Shown: positions 49,976 to 59,817 of the stretch, one piece after another
Layout of the letters: every line of letters starts with the position of its first letter
Numbering within the stretch: position 1 is the first letter of the stretch
Source of the DNA: Patescibacteria group bacterium
GTDB lineage: Bacteria > Patescibacteriota > JABMPQ01
Reading direction: 5' to 3'
DNA: 64,000 nt
Assembly (NCBI GenBank): GCA_041749335.1
Contig: JBGTBM010000010.1
Span: forward strand, 221,110-285,109
Program-made: the position numbers and the translations under genes
The notes under the pieces: generated by a model
Told to the model about the DNA's origin: nothing
What the model saw: only the letters and a program-made list of their open reading frames with translations
Database searches by the model: none

Positions 49976-52345
49976 TTAATCGCGCAATTTGGCATCAAAT
50001 CTCTGGAGAATTTTATCTACCACGCGCTGATGAATGTTTTTAACTTCTTTATCTGCCAAAGTTTTATCATCAGAGCGATATTCTAAATGGTAAGCCAGGC
50101 TTTTTTTATTGGCTCCCAGATTTTTACCCACGTAGATATCGAATAATTCCGCACTTCGTAAAAGCGGCCGGCCGGCCTGAATCAGTTCCTGCTCAATTTC
50201 CTGGGCTTTGATTTTTTGGTCAAAAACAAAAGCAACATCCAACATAACCGGAGGATATTTTGGCAGAGGATTATATTTTATATCACGATTGGCTAATTCA
50301 GTTATTTTATTAAGCGATAAATTGAAAAAGGCGATTTCTTTATTTTTGATATTAAAATTTTTCACTACCCGCTGATCAGTTAAAGCCAAGGTGCCTAGCA
50401 GCTCTTCTCCCGCTTTGTACTGCAGGCATTTTCCTTCGGCATACATATTAAAATATTCACAATTCACTTCTTTTTTTAAGGCCATAGTCTGATAATCAAT
50501 ATTTAATTTTTTTAATAAAATATTGATTATGCCTTTGGCTTGATAAAATATTTTTTCATTATCACCCAATAGCGCGGCCGACACGGACTGGCACTCGCAC
50601 TCTTCAAAATAAACATGCCCCATTTCAAAAATCTTTATTTCAGCGATATTTTTAATATTTTTTTCAACCAGATTAAATAAATATGGCAGCAATGAGGTCC
50701 GCAAATATTTAAGCTCCTGGGATATAGGATTTTCCAACTCAATATGATCCCGCGGAGTTAATAAGCACTTGCCCAGCAGCCGCTCGCCATAAAAAGAATA
50801 GTTCATAACTTCGCTCATACCCAGACCCACTAAAATATTTTCAATATGATTTCTCCAATAGATATCACGATCCTGTTCCACCGGTTTAATCGCCCCGGAA
50901 AGATCAATGGGCTTAATATTGCCATAACCGTAAATTCTGGCCACCTCCTCTATCAAATCTTCCTCAATGCCGATATCCATACGATATAAGGGAACTGTTA
51001 CTTTAAATTTTTTACTTCCCACCACCTTAAAATTCAAATTTTGTAAAATCTTTTTAACTTTTTCGGGCTTAATTTCATGGCCGATATATTGATTCAGCTT
51101 ATCAATATCTAAGGTTAACTTCTGTTCTTTTGGCTTCGCTATTTGAGTATCGTAAACCCCGCCGGATAATTCCGCTCCAGCGTATTTAATTAATAATTGT
51201 ATTGCCCTGTTTATGCCCAATTCAGCCAGATATGGACTCAATCCCTTTTCAAATCTAGTTAAAGCTTCAGTCCGCAAAGATAATCTCTGAGCGGTTTTTC
51301 TGACATTAAACGAATTGAAATTAGCCGACTCTAAAATAATTTTTTTGGAATTCTGATCAATTTGAGTTTCTCGCCCGCCCATAATGCCGGCAATGGCGAT
51401 CGCTTTTTGGCCATCCGCTATCACCAGATCACTACCGGATAAGACCCTTGGTTTTTCGTCTATGGTATTTATCTGCTCTTTATTTTTAGCCAATCTCACT
51501 ATAATTTCCTTTTTATCGCCGGATATTTTATCGTAATCGAAAGCATGCAGGGGCTGTCCAAATTCCAACAAAACATAATTGGTTATATCAACAATATTAT
51601 TGATCGGCCTAATCCCGCAAGCTCTCAATCTAGATTGCATCCATTCAGGGGAGTCGGTAATTTTAATATGGCCTAAAACTGCTGCCAGATAGCGCGGACA
51701 TAAAGTTTTGTTTTTTATTTTAATCTTTAAGCTGTCCTTTTTAATTTTTTGTTTAATGTTAGCAACATTGGGAAGGTTTATTTTTAAATTTAATATCGCC
51801 GCCAATTCTCGAGCAATGCCAATATGCCCAAATAAATCCGAACGGTGCGTTAATGATTTATTATCAATTTCCAAAATTTCATCTTCCTCCAAACCAAGAT
51901 GGCGGCCAAAATCCATGCCGATTTTTGCTTGCGTATCCAGTACCATAATTCCCTGTGATTCAGCCTTGAGCCCCAGCTCCTGCTCCGAACAAATCATACC
52001 CTCGGAAATAACTCCCCGAATTTCCGCTTTTTTAATTTTCAAGCCATTCGGCAGCTGCGCGCCGATAACGGCAACCGGAACTTTTTGCCCTTGTTCTAAA
52101 TTATCCGCTCCGCAGACAACGTTTAATATTTTATTTCCAACATCAACTTTTGCGATCGATAAGCGATCGGCATTGGGATGCTTCTCTTTTTTTACAACCT
52201 GCCCAACTACAACTCCGGATAAATTATTATTTATTTTTTCTATGCCTTCCACTTCCGCAATTCCCATAGTAAGCGCATCGGCAATCTCCGTAGAAGTTTT
52301 ATTTATTTTAATATAGTCCGATAGCCAATTTAGAGATATTTTCAT
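49976..52345 (-). CDS. pheT: Phenylalanine--tRNA ligase beta subunit
   Basis: MKISLNWL, HPNADRL, INNIVDITNYV, DLIEEVARIYGY and a C-terminal FDX-ACB domain. Confidence 0.97.
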   Translation of the reverse strand: MKISLNWLSDYIKINKTSTEIADALTMGIAEVEGIEKINNNLSGVVVGQVVKKEKHPNADRLSIAKVDVGNKILNVVCGADNLEQGQKVPVAVIGAQLPNGLKIKKAEIRGVISEGMICSEQELGLKAESQGIMVLDTQAKIGMDFGRHLGLEEDEILEIDNKSLTHRSDLFGHIGIARELAAILNLKINLPNVANIKQKIKKDSLKIKIKNKTLCPRYLAAVLGHIKITDSPEWMQSRLRACGIRPINNIVDITNYVLLEFGQPLHAFDYDKISGDKKEIIVRLAKNKEQINTIDEKPRVLSGSDLVIADGQKAIAIAGIMGGRETQIDQNSKKIILESANFNSFNVRKTAQRLSLRTEALTRFEKGLSPYLAELGINRAIQLLIKYAGAELSGGVYDTQIAKPKEQKLTLDIDKLNQYIGHEIKPEKVKKILQNLNFKVVGSKKFKVTVPLYRMDIGIEEDLIEEVARIYGYGNIKPIDLSGAIKPVEQDRDIYWRNHIENILVGLGMSEVMNYSFYGERLLGKCLLTPRDHIELENPISQELKYLRTSLLPYLFNLVEKNIKNIAEIKIFEMGHVYFEECECQSVSAALLGDNEKIFYQAKGIINILLKKLNIDYQTMALKKEVNCEYFNMYAEGKCLQYKAGEELLGTLALTDQRVVKNFNIKNKEIAFFNLSLNKITELANRDIKYNPLPKYPPVMLDVAFVFDQKIKAQEIEQELIQAGRPLLRSAELFDIYVGKNLGANKKSLAYHLEYRSDDKTLADKEVKNIHQRVVDKILQRFDAKLRD

Positions 52346-52351
52346 ATTATA

Positions 52352-52627
52352 TTAACTTAGTATTTTCTTTAAATTATCGATTGCTCCGCCGTTATAAACG
52401 CCCTCAATTCCCTGTAATTTTAAAATTTCTACCGCCTCCCCGCTGCGCACACCGCTATGGCAGTATAAAATAATTGGCTTTTTCATGCGCTCAAATTCAT
52501 CAATTTGATAAATTATATCAGCAAGTGGAATATTAATTGCCCGATTAAGATGATCACTCGCGTATTCCGCTTCAGTTCTCACATCGACCAAGGTGGCCTC
52601 ATTCAGATTTATATCCGCAATTTCCAT
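52352..52627 (-). CDS. Rhodanese-like (PspE-type) protein
   Basis: LVDVRTEAEY...H...AINIP and YCHSGVRS motifs. Confidence 0.9.
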   Translation of the reverse strand: MEIADINLNEATLVDVRTEAEYASDHLNRAINIPLADIIYQIDEFERMKKPIILYCHSGVRSGEAVEILKLQGIEGVYNGGAIDNLKKILS

Positions 52628-52628
52628 A

Positions 52629-53546
52629 TTATTTTTGTATTCTCGCTAAATATTTAGCAGCCTTAATCAAAGCGATGCATCCCTGGCCGGCGGAAATAAT
52701 ATATTGATATTCATGAACATTGGCAACATCACCGGCTGCAAAAACGCCCGGGACTGAAGTTTGAGTTTGGCAATCGACGATAATATGTTGATGCTTATTT
52801 AGTTCCAATAAATCTTTTACGATCTCAACATTGGGCGTTCTTCCAATTTCAATAAATACGCCATCAACCGCTAAATTATTTTCTTGCTTATTTTTCAAAT
52901 ATGTAATGCCGCTAACAAATTTCTCGCCGGTAATGCCGATAGTTTCCGCCTTATTAATTACTTCAACATTTTTCATCCCTGCCAACCTATCCACTAAATA
53001 TTGAAATGCGGTAAACTGCTCTTCAATATTAATCACAAATATTTTTTGGGCAATATCCTTCATAAAATCCACCGACTCCAAGGCTGAATTACCTCCACCG
53101 ATTATCGCCACTTTTTTCTGGGTATAAAGCGGGCCATCGCAAATGGCGCAATAATGCACGCCCTTGTTAGCAAATTCCGCTTCACCCGGCACATTTAATT
53201 TTTTGGGGCTGGATCCGGTAGCCACAATTACGGTATAGGTGGAATAACTTCCCTTATCCGTTTTTACTGCAAACATTTTCCCCGATTTTTTTACTTGCTC
53301 CACTTTTTCGCCTTCATTAATACTAAAACCATTAAACTCTACCTGCTTTTTTAAAATTGATCTTAACTCTCCGCCCGTGGTTGTGATAATCCCGGGATAA
53401 TTCAAAACCTCTCCGGAAATATTCATCTGACCGCCAAATTCTTCCGCGATTACCAGGAAATTCATTTTTTTTCTCGCAGCATATATTCCAGCGGTAATTC
53501 CCGCAATTCCCGCACCGATTATAATTGTCTCGTAGGGCTTTTGCAT
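52629..53546 (-). CDS. trxB: Thioredoxin reductase / AhpF-like flavoprotein
   Basis: IIGAGIAG, CAICDG, IGGGNSA and FAAGDV motifs. Confidence 0.85.
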   Translation of the reverse strand: MQKPYETIIIGAGIAGITAGIYAARKKMNFLVIAEEFGGQMNISGEVLNYPGIITTTGGELRSILKKQVEFNGFSINEGEKVEQVKKSGKMFAVKTDKGSYSTYTVIVATGSSPKKLNVPGEAEFANKGVHYCAICDGPLYTQKKVAIIGGGNSALESVDFMKDIAQKIFVINIEEQFTAFQYLVDRLAGMKNVEVINKAETIGITGEKFVSGITYLKNKQENNLAVDGVFIEIGRTPNVEIVKDLLELNKHQHIIVDCQTQTSVPGVFAAGDVANVHEYQYIISAGQGCIALIKAAKYLARIQK

Positions 53547-53549
53547 GAA

Positions 53550-54593
53550 CTAAAATTGATTAATAAATCTTAAATCGCCGTCCATAAATAATCTAATATC
53601 GTCTATGCCATATTTCAACATAGCTAAGCGCGACCATCCCATGCCAAAAGCGAAACCGGTATATTTGCCTTGTGGGTATCCGGCCGATTTAAAGACATTG
53701 GGATGAATCATGCCGCATGGTATCAGCTCCACCCATCCGGTTTTTTTACAGACGCTGCATCCCTTGCCATTGCAGATTACACAGCTTGTGTCTAATTCAA
53801 ACCCGGGTTCAACAAAAGGAAAATATCCCGGACGAAGCCTAACCTTCACATCCTTTTTAAATATTTTGCTTAATAATGTTTTTTGCGTTTGAATTAAATT
53901 TGCGATGGAAATATTTTTATCCACGACAAAGCCTTCTATTTGATGAAAGGTGTGCTCATGTGACGCATCAGTCGCTTCGTTCCTAAAAACCCGGCCCGGC
54001 ACAATAACGCGCAGCGGCGGCTGATTATTTTCCATAATCTTAACTTGCATGTTAGAGGTATGCGCCCTCATCACTCTCCGTTTTTTTAATTCAATTTTTT
54101 TAGTTTCATCCTCTTTGATAAAAAAAGTGTCATAGCTGTCCATGGCCGGATGATTTTCCGGAAAGTTAAGCGACAAAAAGTTATAATGCAAATTGGTAAG
54201 CTCATCTCCTTCATAAATCTTGAATCCCATGGAAATAAAAATTTCTTCAACTTCCCTGCGGATTTTAGCCAAGGGGTGATGGTGCCCCTCGGGCATTTTT
54301 TCCGCGGGCAAAGTTTCATCAAAAAATATATTTTTTTCCGGCGGAATATTTTTCAAGCCGGTATTTTTGTTTTTGATTTCTTTTTCAATTTCTGCCCTTA
54401 CAACATTGGCCAAACTGCCAATCGCCTTTTTTTGATCTGCCGGCAAAGAGCTGATCGCACGCAATATCTTATTTAATTTTCCATCCTTTCTCCCTAAAAA
54501 TTCAATCCTCACGGCTTCCAAATCCGCGGTATTTTGGGCTTGAGAAATTTTTTCGATAGCTGCACTTTTTATTTGTTTAATTTTGTCTATCAT
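53550..54593 (-). CDS. pheS: Phenylalanine--tRNA ligase alpha subunit
   Basis: HPAMD, RAHTS, FHQIEG, YFPFVEP and GFAFGMG motifs. Confidence 0.97.
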   Translation of the reverse strand: MIDKIKQIKSAAIEKISQAQNTADLEAVRIEFLGRKDGKLNKILRAISSLPADQKKAIGSLANVVRAEIEKEIKNKNTGLKNIPPEKNIFFDETLPAEKMPEGHHHPLAKIRREVEEIFISMGFKIYEGDELTNLHYNFLSLNFPENHPAMDSYDTFFIKEDETKKIELKKRRVMRAHTSNMQVKIMENNQPPLRVIVPGRVFRNEATDASHEHTFHQIEGFVVDKNISIANLIQTQKTLLSKIFKKDVKVRLRPGYFPFVEPGFELDTSCVICNGKGCSVCKKTGWVELIPCGMIHPNVFKSAGYPQGKYTGFAFGMGWSRLAMLKYGIDDIRLFMDGDLRFINQF

Positions 54594-54599
54594 AGATTT

Positions 54600-54977
54600 T
54601 TATCTACTTAGAAAGTAAAATTCCAATAAAGCAACCGAGGCAATAAATAATGCCCCGTCCCACCAAGTCAATAGCCTGAAGGATTGTAAAAACAAAGATC
54701 CCGTTAGTATTAAAGATAATAATATCCCCTGGCGGAAAGCCGGCCCGACATGGGCGAAAAGTATTTCATTTTTAGAAAACCAGACTCGCATATAAAAACC
54801 GACTAAAGTCAAAAGGCCGATTAAAGCAAAAAATAAACTGACATAAAAGGCCGCCAAACCGACAAAACCGGTAGTTTGAGGATCTACATAATAAAGGATC
54901 ATCCCCCATGATATCCAGCAAAATACGGTGGAAACCATCATACCTAACAAATATTTTTTTAAAGTCATATTTTTCAT
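54600..54977 (-). CDS. Four-TM hypothetical membrane protein
   Basis: Hydrophobic segments with DP and FRQG motifs; 6 bp upstream of pheS. Confidence 0.75.
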   Translation of the reverse strand: MKNMTLKKYLLGMMVSTVFCWISWGMILYYVDPQTTGFVGLAAFYVSLFFALIGLLTLVGFYMRVWFSKNEILFAHVGPAFRQGILLSLILTGSLFLQSFRLLTWWDGALFIASVALLEFYFLSR

Positions 54978-55100
54978 TAAAACAAAACATCATGAAAACA
55001 TCAAAATACTTACACCATTTGTTTTCATATTATTTTGTCATTTTGTTTTCATGTTAATATTACACTTTTTTAGAGTGGGAGTAAAGTCGGTTATTATTAT

Positions 55101-55158
55101 AAAAAGCTAGGTTGAGCGCACCCAATTAGGAGGGTAACGGGGCGTTTCACCTAGCTTC
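55101..55158 (-). ncRNA. Candidate small hairpin RNA or leader (alternatively the sbcC terminator)
   Basis: 9-bp closing stem AAGCTAGGT/ACCTAGCTT with inner stems and a U-tract. Minus-strand TTGACA (55186-55191)-16-TAAAAT (55164-55169) lies just upstream. Confidence 0.4.
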
Positions 55159-55196
55159 AAATTATTTTAATATTTTTATCGCTAGTGTCAATAATT

Positions 55197-57773
55197 TTAA
55201 CTGAATACTTGATAGTTAGAGCCATTATTGTCTTTGTATACCTCAATGCGGGACGGAAACGCGTCTTTTAGATCTTGAATATGAGTTACTACTATAATTT
55301 TTTTAAAATCATCTGCAATGGAATTTATTGCCTGAATTAAATTTTCACGGCCCATCATATCCTGGGTACCAAAGCCTTCATCAATCACTAAAAATTGCAG
55401 CCTGGCTCCGGTTCTATTCGCCAAAAGCCTTGATAGCGCGATCCTAATCGCAAAATTAATTCGGTAAGCTTCGCCTCCGGAAAACATTTCATAATTTCTC
55501 GTCCCATATTCATCCTCAATAATAATATCCAGCGTATCAATTAGATCGCCATCGGTTTTCTTTTCCTTTTTCGTTTTTAATTGTACCCTCATTTTGCCAT
55601 CGGTCATTTTATCGAGCAGCCGATTAGTATCGGCTTCTATTTCCGGCACCGCCGCTTCAATAATCATGGCCTGAATGCCATTTTTACCGAATGCTTTGAC
55701 TAATTCATCGGCGATAATCTTTTCTTGTAATTTTTCCGACTGGCTTTTTTTATTTTCTTTCAATTCTTTTTCCATTTTTTTAACCCTATGGATTTTTTCA
55801 TTTAAAGCGCCGGACTCGCCCTGCCTAGCGTTCATTTCTTTCCTCAAATCAACCAAGCGCTTATTTATTTCTATAATTTTGTTTTCAATTTTTTCCAGCT
55901 TTTCGTAATCCATCTTGATTTTATTTCTCCTGGTTTTATTCCGCAGCAATTCTTTCTCTTTTTCTATCCTGTTTTTTATTAACTTATTTAAATATATTTC
56001 CTGCTGTTTGATGCCCGACTTGATATTTTCCAGTTTATTTTTCTGCTCTTCATAAACGCTAAGATTGATTATTTCTTTTTTTATCTCTTCGTGCTTAGGT
56101 TCATTGTAATTTAATTTTTTTAAACGCCGATCAATCTCTTCTAATTTATGATGGTTGCCCTTGTCGTAAGTGCCAGTATCCAATTTTTGCTGGATGTCTT
56201 TCAGCGCTATTAAAATATTATCTTTCTCCGCTTGGTATTTTTTTAATTCCGCGATTTTATCATTCAATACCATTATTTGTCCTTCCAGCCGCGCCTTGGG
56301 TTCTGTTTTATTTTTATAATCTTCAATTTTGGTGATTATGTCTTTTTGTTTTGCTTCTAGTTTAGCGATAATCGTTCTGGTCTTCACATATTTTATCGCC
56401 ACCTGATTTTTTTTATTCAATAAGTCTTTTATCACATTCTTTTTATGAATATCCGACAGTAATTGCCCGCATAATGGGCAGTCCGAACCCTGCACGGAAT
56501 CCAGTTCAATGATCTTTTGCTTTAATTCTTTCCCCCTTGATTCCAGCTGACTAAAATTGGATTTAAATTCGTGTAGGTCGTCTATCAATGTTTTTAATAT
56601 ATTTTCCGCGCGTAACTTTTTTTCGGCAATTTTATTGATTAATTCAAGATCTTGTTTTATTTCCTTCAGCTGCGCTTGATATTGAGAATAATTAGTTAAA
56701 TCCCGTTCGATCGCGCCTAATCTATATTCCAAATTACCTTTTCTTTGCAAAATTTCGCTTTTTTTGTTTAAAATATTTTTTTCTGTATCATTTTTTTCGA
56801 AATCAATCTTACTTTTTATTTTAAGCAAATTTTCCATGTCTTCGTTTACTTTTTTTAGCTGCTGTAATTTTTTATACGATTTAATTATCTCCTCTTCGTT
56901 GATTAAAAATTTTTTATCCCGCTCGATATTGTCATAATTTTCGGTAATATCCGTATTAATTTTTTCCAGGTCTAATGAAATATTTTTGGTTCTTTCGTCC
57001 AGATTGCTGGCTTCATCAATTTTTTTATCTTGCAGCTCTTTCCCATGGTTTAAAATATTTAATTTTTGATCTAATTCATTGATTTGGTTTTCAATTTTAT
57101 CCAGATCTTTTTTCATCGTACGAGCTTCATCATCAAGGTTTTCCTTAATTTTAATTTCCGATTCAATAAATTCTATTTTTTTATTTAAGCTCTCCTGCTC
57201 AACAAACAAATTTCTTGCTATATCTTTTACCGCCAAAACCAGCTTATCGTAATAATGTAAATTTAATATTTGTGCGAGAACTTTTTTTCTTTCATTCGGC
57301 TTCTTGATGGTAAATTCATCAGCTCGCCCCTGCCGAATAAAAGCCGAATTAATAAAGGTATCGTAAGTCATTTTTAAGGTAGCAATAATGAAATCCTGGG
57401 TTTCAGCTTTTGTTCCGCCGGAAATTGAAATCCAATCAACTTCTTTTGAAGCATTATCGCCTCTTTTATAAAATTCTAAATTGCTCTGCCCTTTTCCGCT
57501 TTTAGATTTCTTTCTGATAACCCGGTATTCTTCATTGTTTAAAGAAAAAATAAAATCTACCCAGGCTTCATTAGCGCCTTGCCTGATTAAATCATCATCT
57601 GATTTTGCTCTTGATTTTCCCCATAAAGACCAGGCGATCGCTTCCAAGATCGTACTTTTGCCGACTCCGTTTAATCCCACCAAACAAGCTAAATCAATTT
57701 TAGTAAAATCCAATACATCCAGGTTTTCCCCGTATGACATGAAATTATTTAATTTTAATTTCTGTGGAATCAT
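55197..57773 (-). CDS. sbcC: SbcC/Rad50 family ATPase
   Basis: GLNGVGKS Walker A, long coiled coil, CPLC Zn hook, FSGGE and IDEGFG motifs. Confidence 0.93.
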   Translation of the reverse strand: MIPQKLKLNNFMSYGENLDVLDFTKIDLACLVGLNGVGKSTILEAIAWSLWGKSRAKSDDDLIRQGANEAWVDFIFSLNNEEYRVIRKKSKSGKGQSNLEFYKRGDNASKEVDWISISGGTKAETQDFIIATLKMTYDTFINSAFIRQGRADEFTIKKPNERKKVLAQILNLHYYDKLVLAVKDIARNLFVEQESLNKKIEFIESEIKIKENLDDEARTMKKDLDKIENQINELDQKLNILNHGKELQDKKIDEASNLDERTKNISLDLEKINTDITENYDNIERDKKFLINEEEIIKSYKKLQQLKKVNEDMENLLKIKSKIDFEKNDTEKNILNKKSEILQRKGNLEYRLGAIERDLTNYSQYQAQLKEIKQDLELINKIAEKKLRAENILKTLIDDLHEFKSNFSQLESRGKELKQKIIELDSVQGSDCPLCGQLLSDIHKKNVIKDLLNKKNQVAIKYVKTRTIIAKLEAKQKDIITKIEDYKNKTEPKARLEGQIMVLNDKIAELKKYQAEKDNILIALKDIQQKLDTGTYDKGNHHKLEEIDRRLKKLNYNEPKHEEIKKEIINLSVYEEQKNKLENIKSGIKQQEIYLNKLIKNRIEKEKELLRNKTRRNKIKMDYEKLEKIENKIIEINKRLVDLRKEMNARQGESGALNEKIHRVKKMEKELKENKKSQSEKLQEKIIADELVKAFGKNGIQAMIIEAAVPEIEADTNRLLDKMTDGKMRVQLKTKKEKKTDGDLIDTLDIIIEDEYGTRNYEMFSGGEAYRINFAIRIALSRLLANRTGARLQFLVIDEGFGTQDMMGRENLIQAINSIADDFKKIIVVTHIQDLKDAFPSRIEVYKDNNGSNYQVFS

Positions 57774-57779
57774 GATTAA

Positions 57780-59048
57780 TTATTCTTCCAAGCTCTTAAT
57801 TATTTTTTCCGCATACCGCTTGTATGTCTGTAGCTGCTTATCCTTAATCCCCTTGCCGGATAAATACTTTTCCAAAGCCTTAATTGGGGAAAAACTTTCA
57901 ATATCCTTGATCTCTTCGCCCGCTTGGATTTGATTTTTTATTATTTCTTTATTGATTGAAGCAATATAATAAGCGCCGTCTAGATATTTCATTATCTCTT
58001 GGTTATTAATTAATCCGGCTAAATCTTCCGGAACTTTTATATTAACTTTCACCACCATTTCCTGAAAATCGTGCTTGCTTATTTCGGCCTTTATTATCTC
58101 CATTGGCTCTATGCAATTTTCTTCAATGTCAATTGTTAGTGATATAAATTTTCTCGCGGGAGTCTGAATAAAATTATATTTCGTTGGGGCATCTTTCTCG
58201 ATCTCAGCCGCTACAAATCCCTTATCTTCCGACTCTTCTGAAAAGTCCACTCGATCAATGCTGCCTGAATATATCACTGGAGGATTTTCCGACAATACTT
58301 GAAATTTATGCAAATGCCCCAAAGCAACATATTTCCACGGCTCCATTAAGTTCGTATGCGGAATTACAATATCGCTGCCGACATATACTTTTCTCTCCGC
58401 CCCAAAAACGGCTCCAGCTACCGTAGCATGCGCCACCATTACCGCCGCATATTGAGGATCAACCCGAGATGCCAAGTTTTTGATCACATCAGCGATTTTG
58501 TTTCCAATCAATTTATTCACTTCTTCAATCGTTTTATCTTTATAATCCTTTTTTCCTATTAGCTCACTTTTTGAAATCCAAGGAAGCGCCGCGATCTGAA
58601 AACACTCGTTGGCAAATCCCGGCACGCTTACGTCATTGGCTAATTGCCAGCTTTTTTCACCCATCTTGCGGAATTTAAAAATTTGCGGATCTTTTGCAAT
58701 GTACACATTTTCCACTTCCAAAGTTTTATATATATCCAATGAATCAGCCTTGCCAAAAGCATTGGGCAAATCATGGTTGCCAATCACTAAAATTACCTGA
58801 ATATTATTCCGAGATAATTTTTTTATTCTTTTAGCAAACTCCCTTTGCTGCGTCTGGGTAGGCTCTCTGGTTTTGAAAGCATCACCGGCAAATAAAAAAA
58901 ATTCTATCTGGTTTTCGATAGCATAATCAATCGCATAATCAAAATTTTTTAAAAAATCAAGCAATCTGGAGTTGATGCCTGATTTATCCGTCCGGCCGTA
59001 ATTTTCCATTCCCAAATGAATGTCGGCTAAATGTAAAATTTTTACCAT
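57780..59048 (-). CDS. sbcD: SbcD/Mre11 nuclease
   Basis: HLADIHLG, AGDAF, GNHD, ALGHLH and YSGS motifs. Confidence 0.93.
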   Translation of the reverse strand: MVKILHLADIHLGMENYGRTDKSGINSRLLDFLKNFDYAIDYAIENQIEFFLFAGDAFKTREPTQTQQREFAKRIKKLSRNNIQVILVIGNHDLPNAFGKADSLDIYKTLEVENVYIAKDPQIFKFRKMGEKSWQLANDVSVPGFANECFQIAALPWISKSELIGKKDYKDKTIEEVNKLIGNKIADVIKNLASRVDPQYAAVMVAHATVAGAVFGAERKVYVGSDIVIPHTNLMEPWKYVALGHLHKFQVLSENPPVIYSGSIDRVDFSEESEDKGFVAAEIEKDAPTKYNFIQTPARKFISLTIDIEENCIEPMEIIKAEISKHDFQEMVVKVNIKVPEDLAGLINNQEIMKYLDGAYYIASINKEIIKNQIQAGEEIKDIESFSPIKALEKYLSGKGIKDKQLQTYKRYAEKIIKSLEE

Positions 59049-59168
59049 AAAATAATTTTCAGTTCATCATACTATATTACTTGCATCATTTCAATAACTT
59101 TATTATAATAGGAAAGAATATTTTCGCGTAAACCTACAACGCCAAAATATCCGAAAATGCCATATTAA

Positions 59169-59245
59169 CGCGGGGTGGAGCAGTCTGGCAGCTCGTGAGG
59201 CTCATAACCTCAAGGTCGCTGGTTCAAATCCAGCCCCCGCAACCA
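59169..59245 (+). tRNA. tRNA-fMet (CAT), CCA encoded
   Basis: CGCGGGG...CCCCGCA-A-CCA with a C1:A72 mismatch, CTCATAA loop and TTCAAAT T-loop. Upstream promoter TTGCAT (59081)-17-TATAAT. Confidence 0.93.
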
Positions 59246-59396
59246 TTTGACTTAAAATTCCAAGAGACAAGCACCAAATTCCAAACTATTTTTTCAAGCA
59301 AAATTTCTTGCTTTGCCGCATCTCCGTTTGGTTATTGATATTTGTAGATTGGAATTTGTTTGTAATTTATTTGATAAAATAATTATTCAAGACAGC

Positions 59397-59483
59397 GCCC
59401 TGTTAGAAGTATCTGTAATTAATATAAGGAAGATAATAAATTGTTAGATAGGGGCTTTTGATTATTAATACTTCTAACTGGGC
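59397..59483. repeat. MITE-like inverted repeat abutting a tRNA
   Basis: GCCCTGTTAGAAGTAT (59397-59412) and ATACTTCTAACTGGGC (59468-59483), 15 of 16 positions complementary. Confidence 0.55.
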
Positions 59484-59554
59484 AGGGTAGCTCACCTGGT
59501 TAGAGCGCGAGACTCATAAGCTCGAGGTAGTGGGTTCGAGTCCCACCCCTGCTA
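59481..59554 (+). tRNA. tRNA-Met (CAT), elongator type (Ile2 not excluded)
   Basis: GGCAGGG/CCCTGCT acceptor stem, GCTC/GAGC D-stem, CTCATAA loop, TTCGAGT T-loop; CCA not encoded. Confidence 0.88.
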
Positions 59555-59669
59555 TATATTTTCTCAATAAATTTCAAACGCTAAATTTTGTTCGATGCTT
59601 TTTAAAATTATTTCCGCATTTTAATTTAATAATTGCTATTTGTTGGTTGTTAATTTGATTATTTATTTT

Positions 59670-59743
59670 GGGCTCGTAGCTTAGCGGTTTAAAGCGCCTG
59701 CCTGTCACGCAGGAGATCGCCGGTTCAAATCCGGTCGGGCCCG
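59670..59743 (+). tRNA. tRNA-Asp (GTC)
   Basis: GGGCTCG/CGGGCCC acceptor stem, CCTGC-CTGTCAC-GCAGG anticodon arm, G73 discriminator. Confidence 0.93.
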
Positions 59744-59766
59744 TTTTTTATTATTTTTAAATTAAA

Positions 59767-59798
59767 TAAAAACTCCCTGAATTTTTCAAGGAGTTTTA
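59767..59798. terminator. Bidirectional terminator
   Basis: AAAAACTCC...GGAGTTTT between convergent transcription units. Confidence 0.6.
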
Positions 59799-59817
59799 TT
59801 TTAAAGCTTATGCTATT

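Noticed and set aside
59245-59817. Integrated island at the tRNA genes
   Set aside because: No integrase, and I did not find a duplicated tRNA 3' end in the window.
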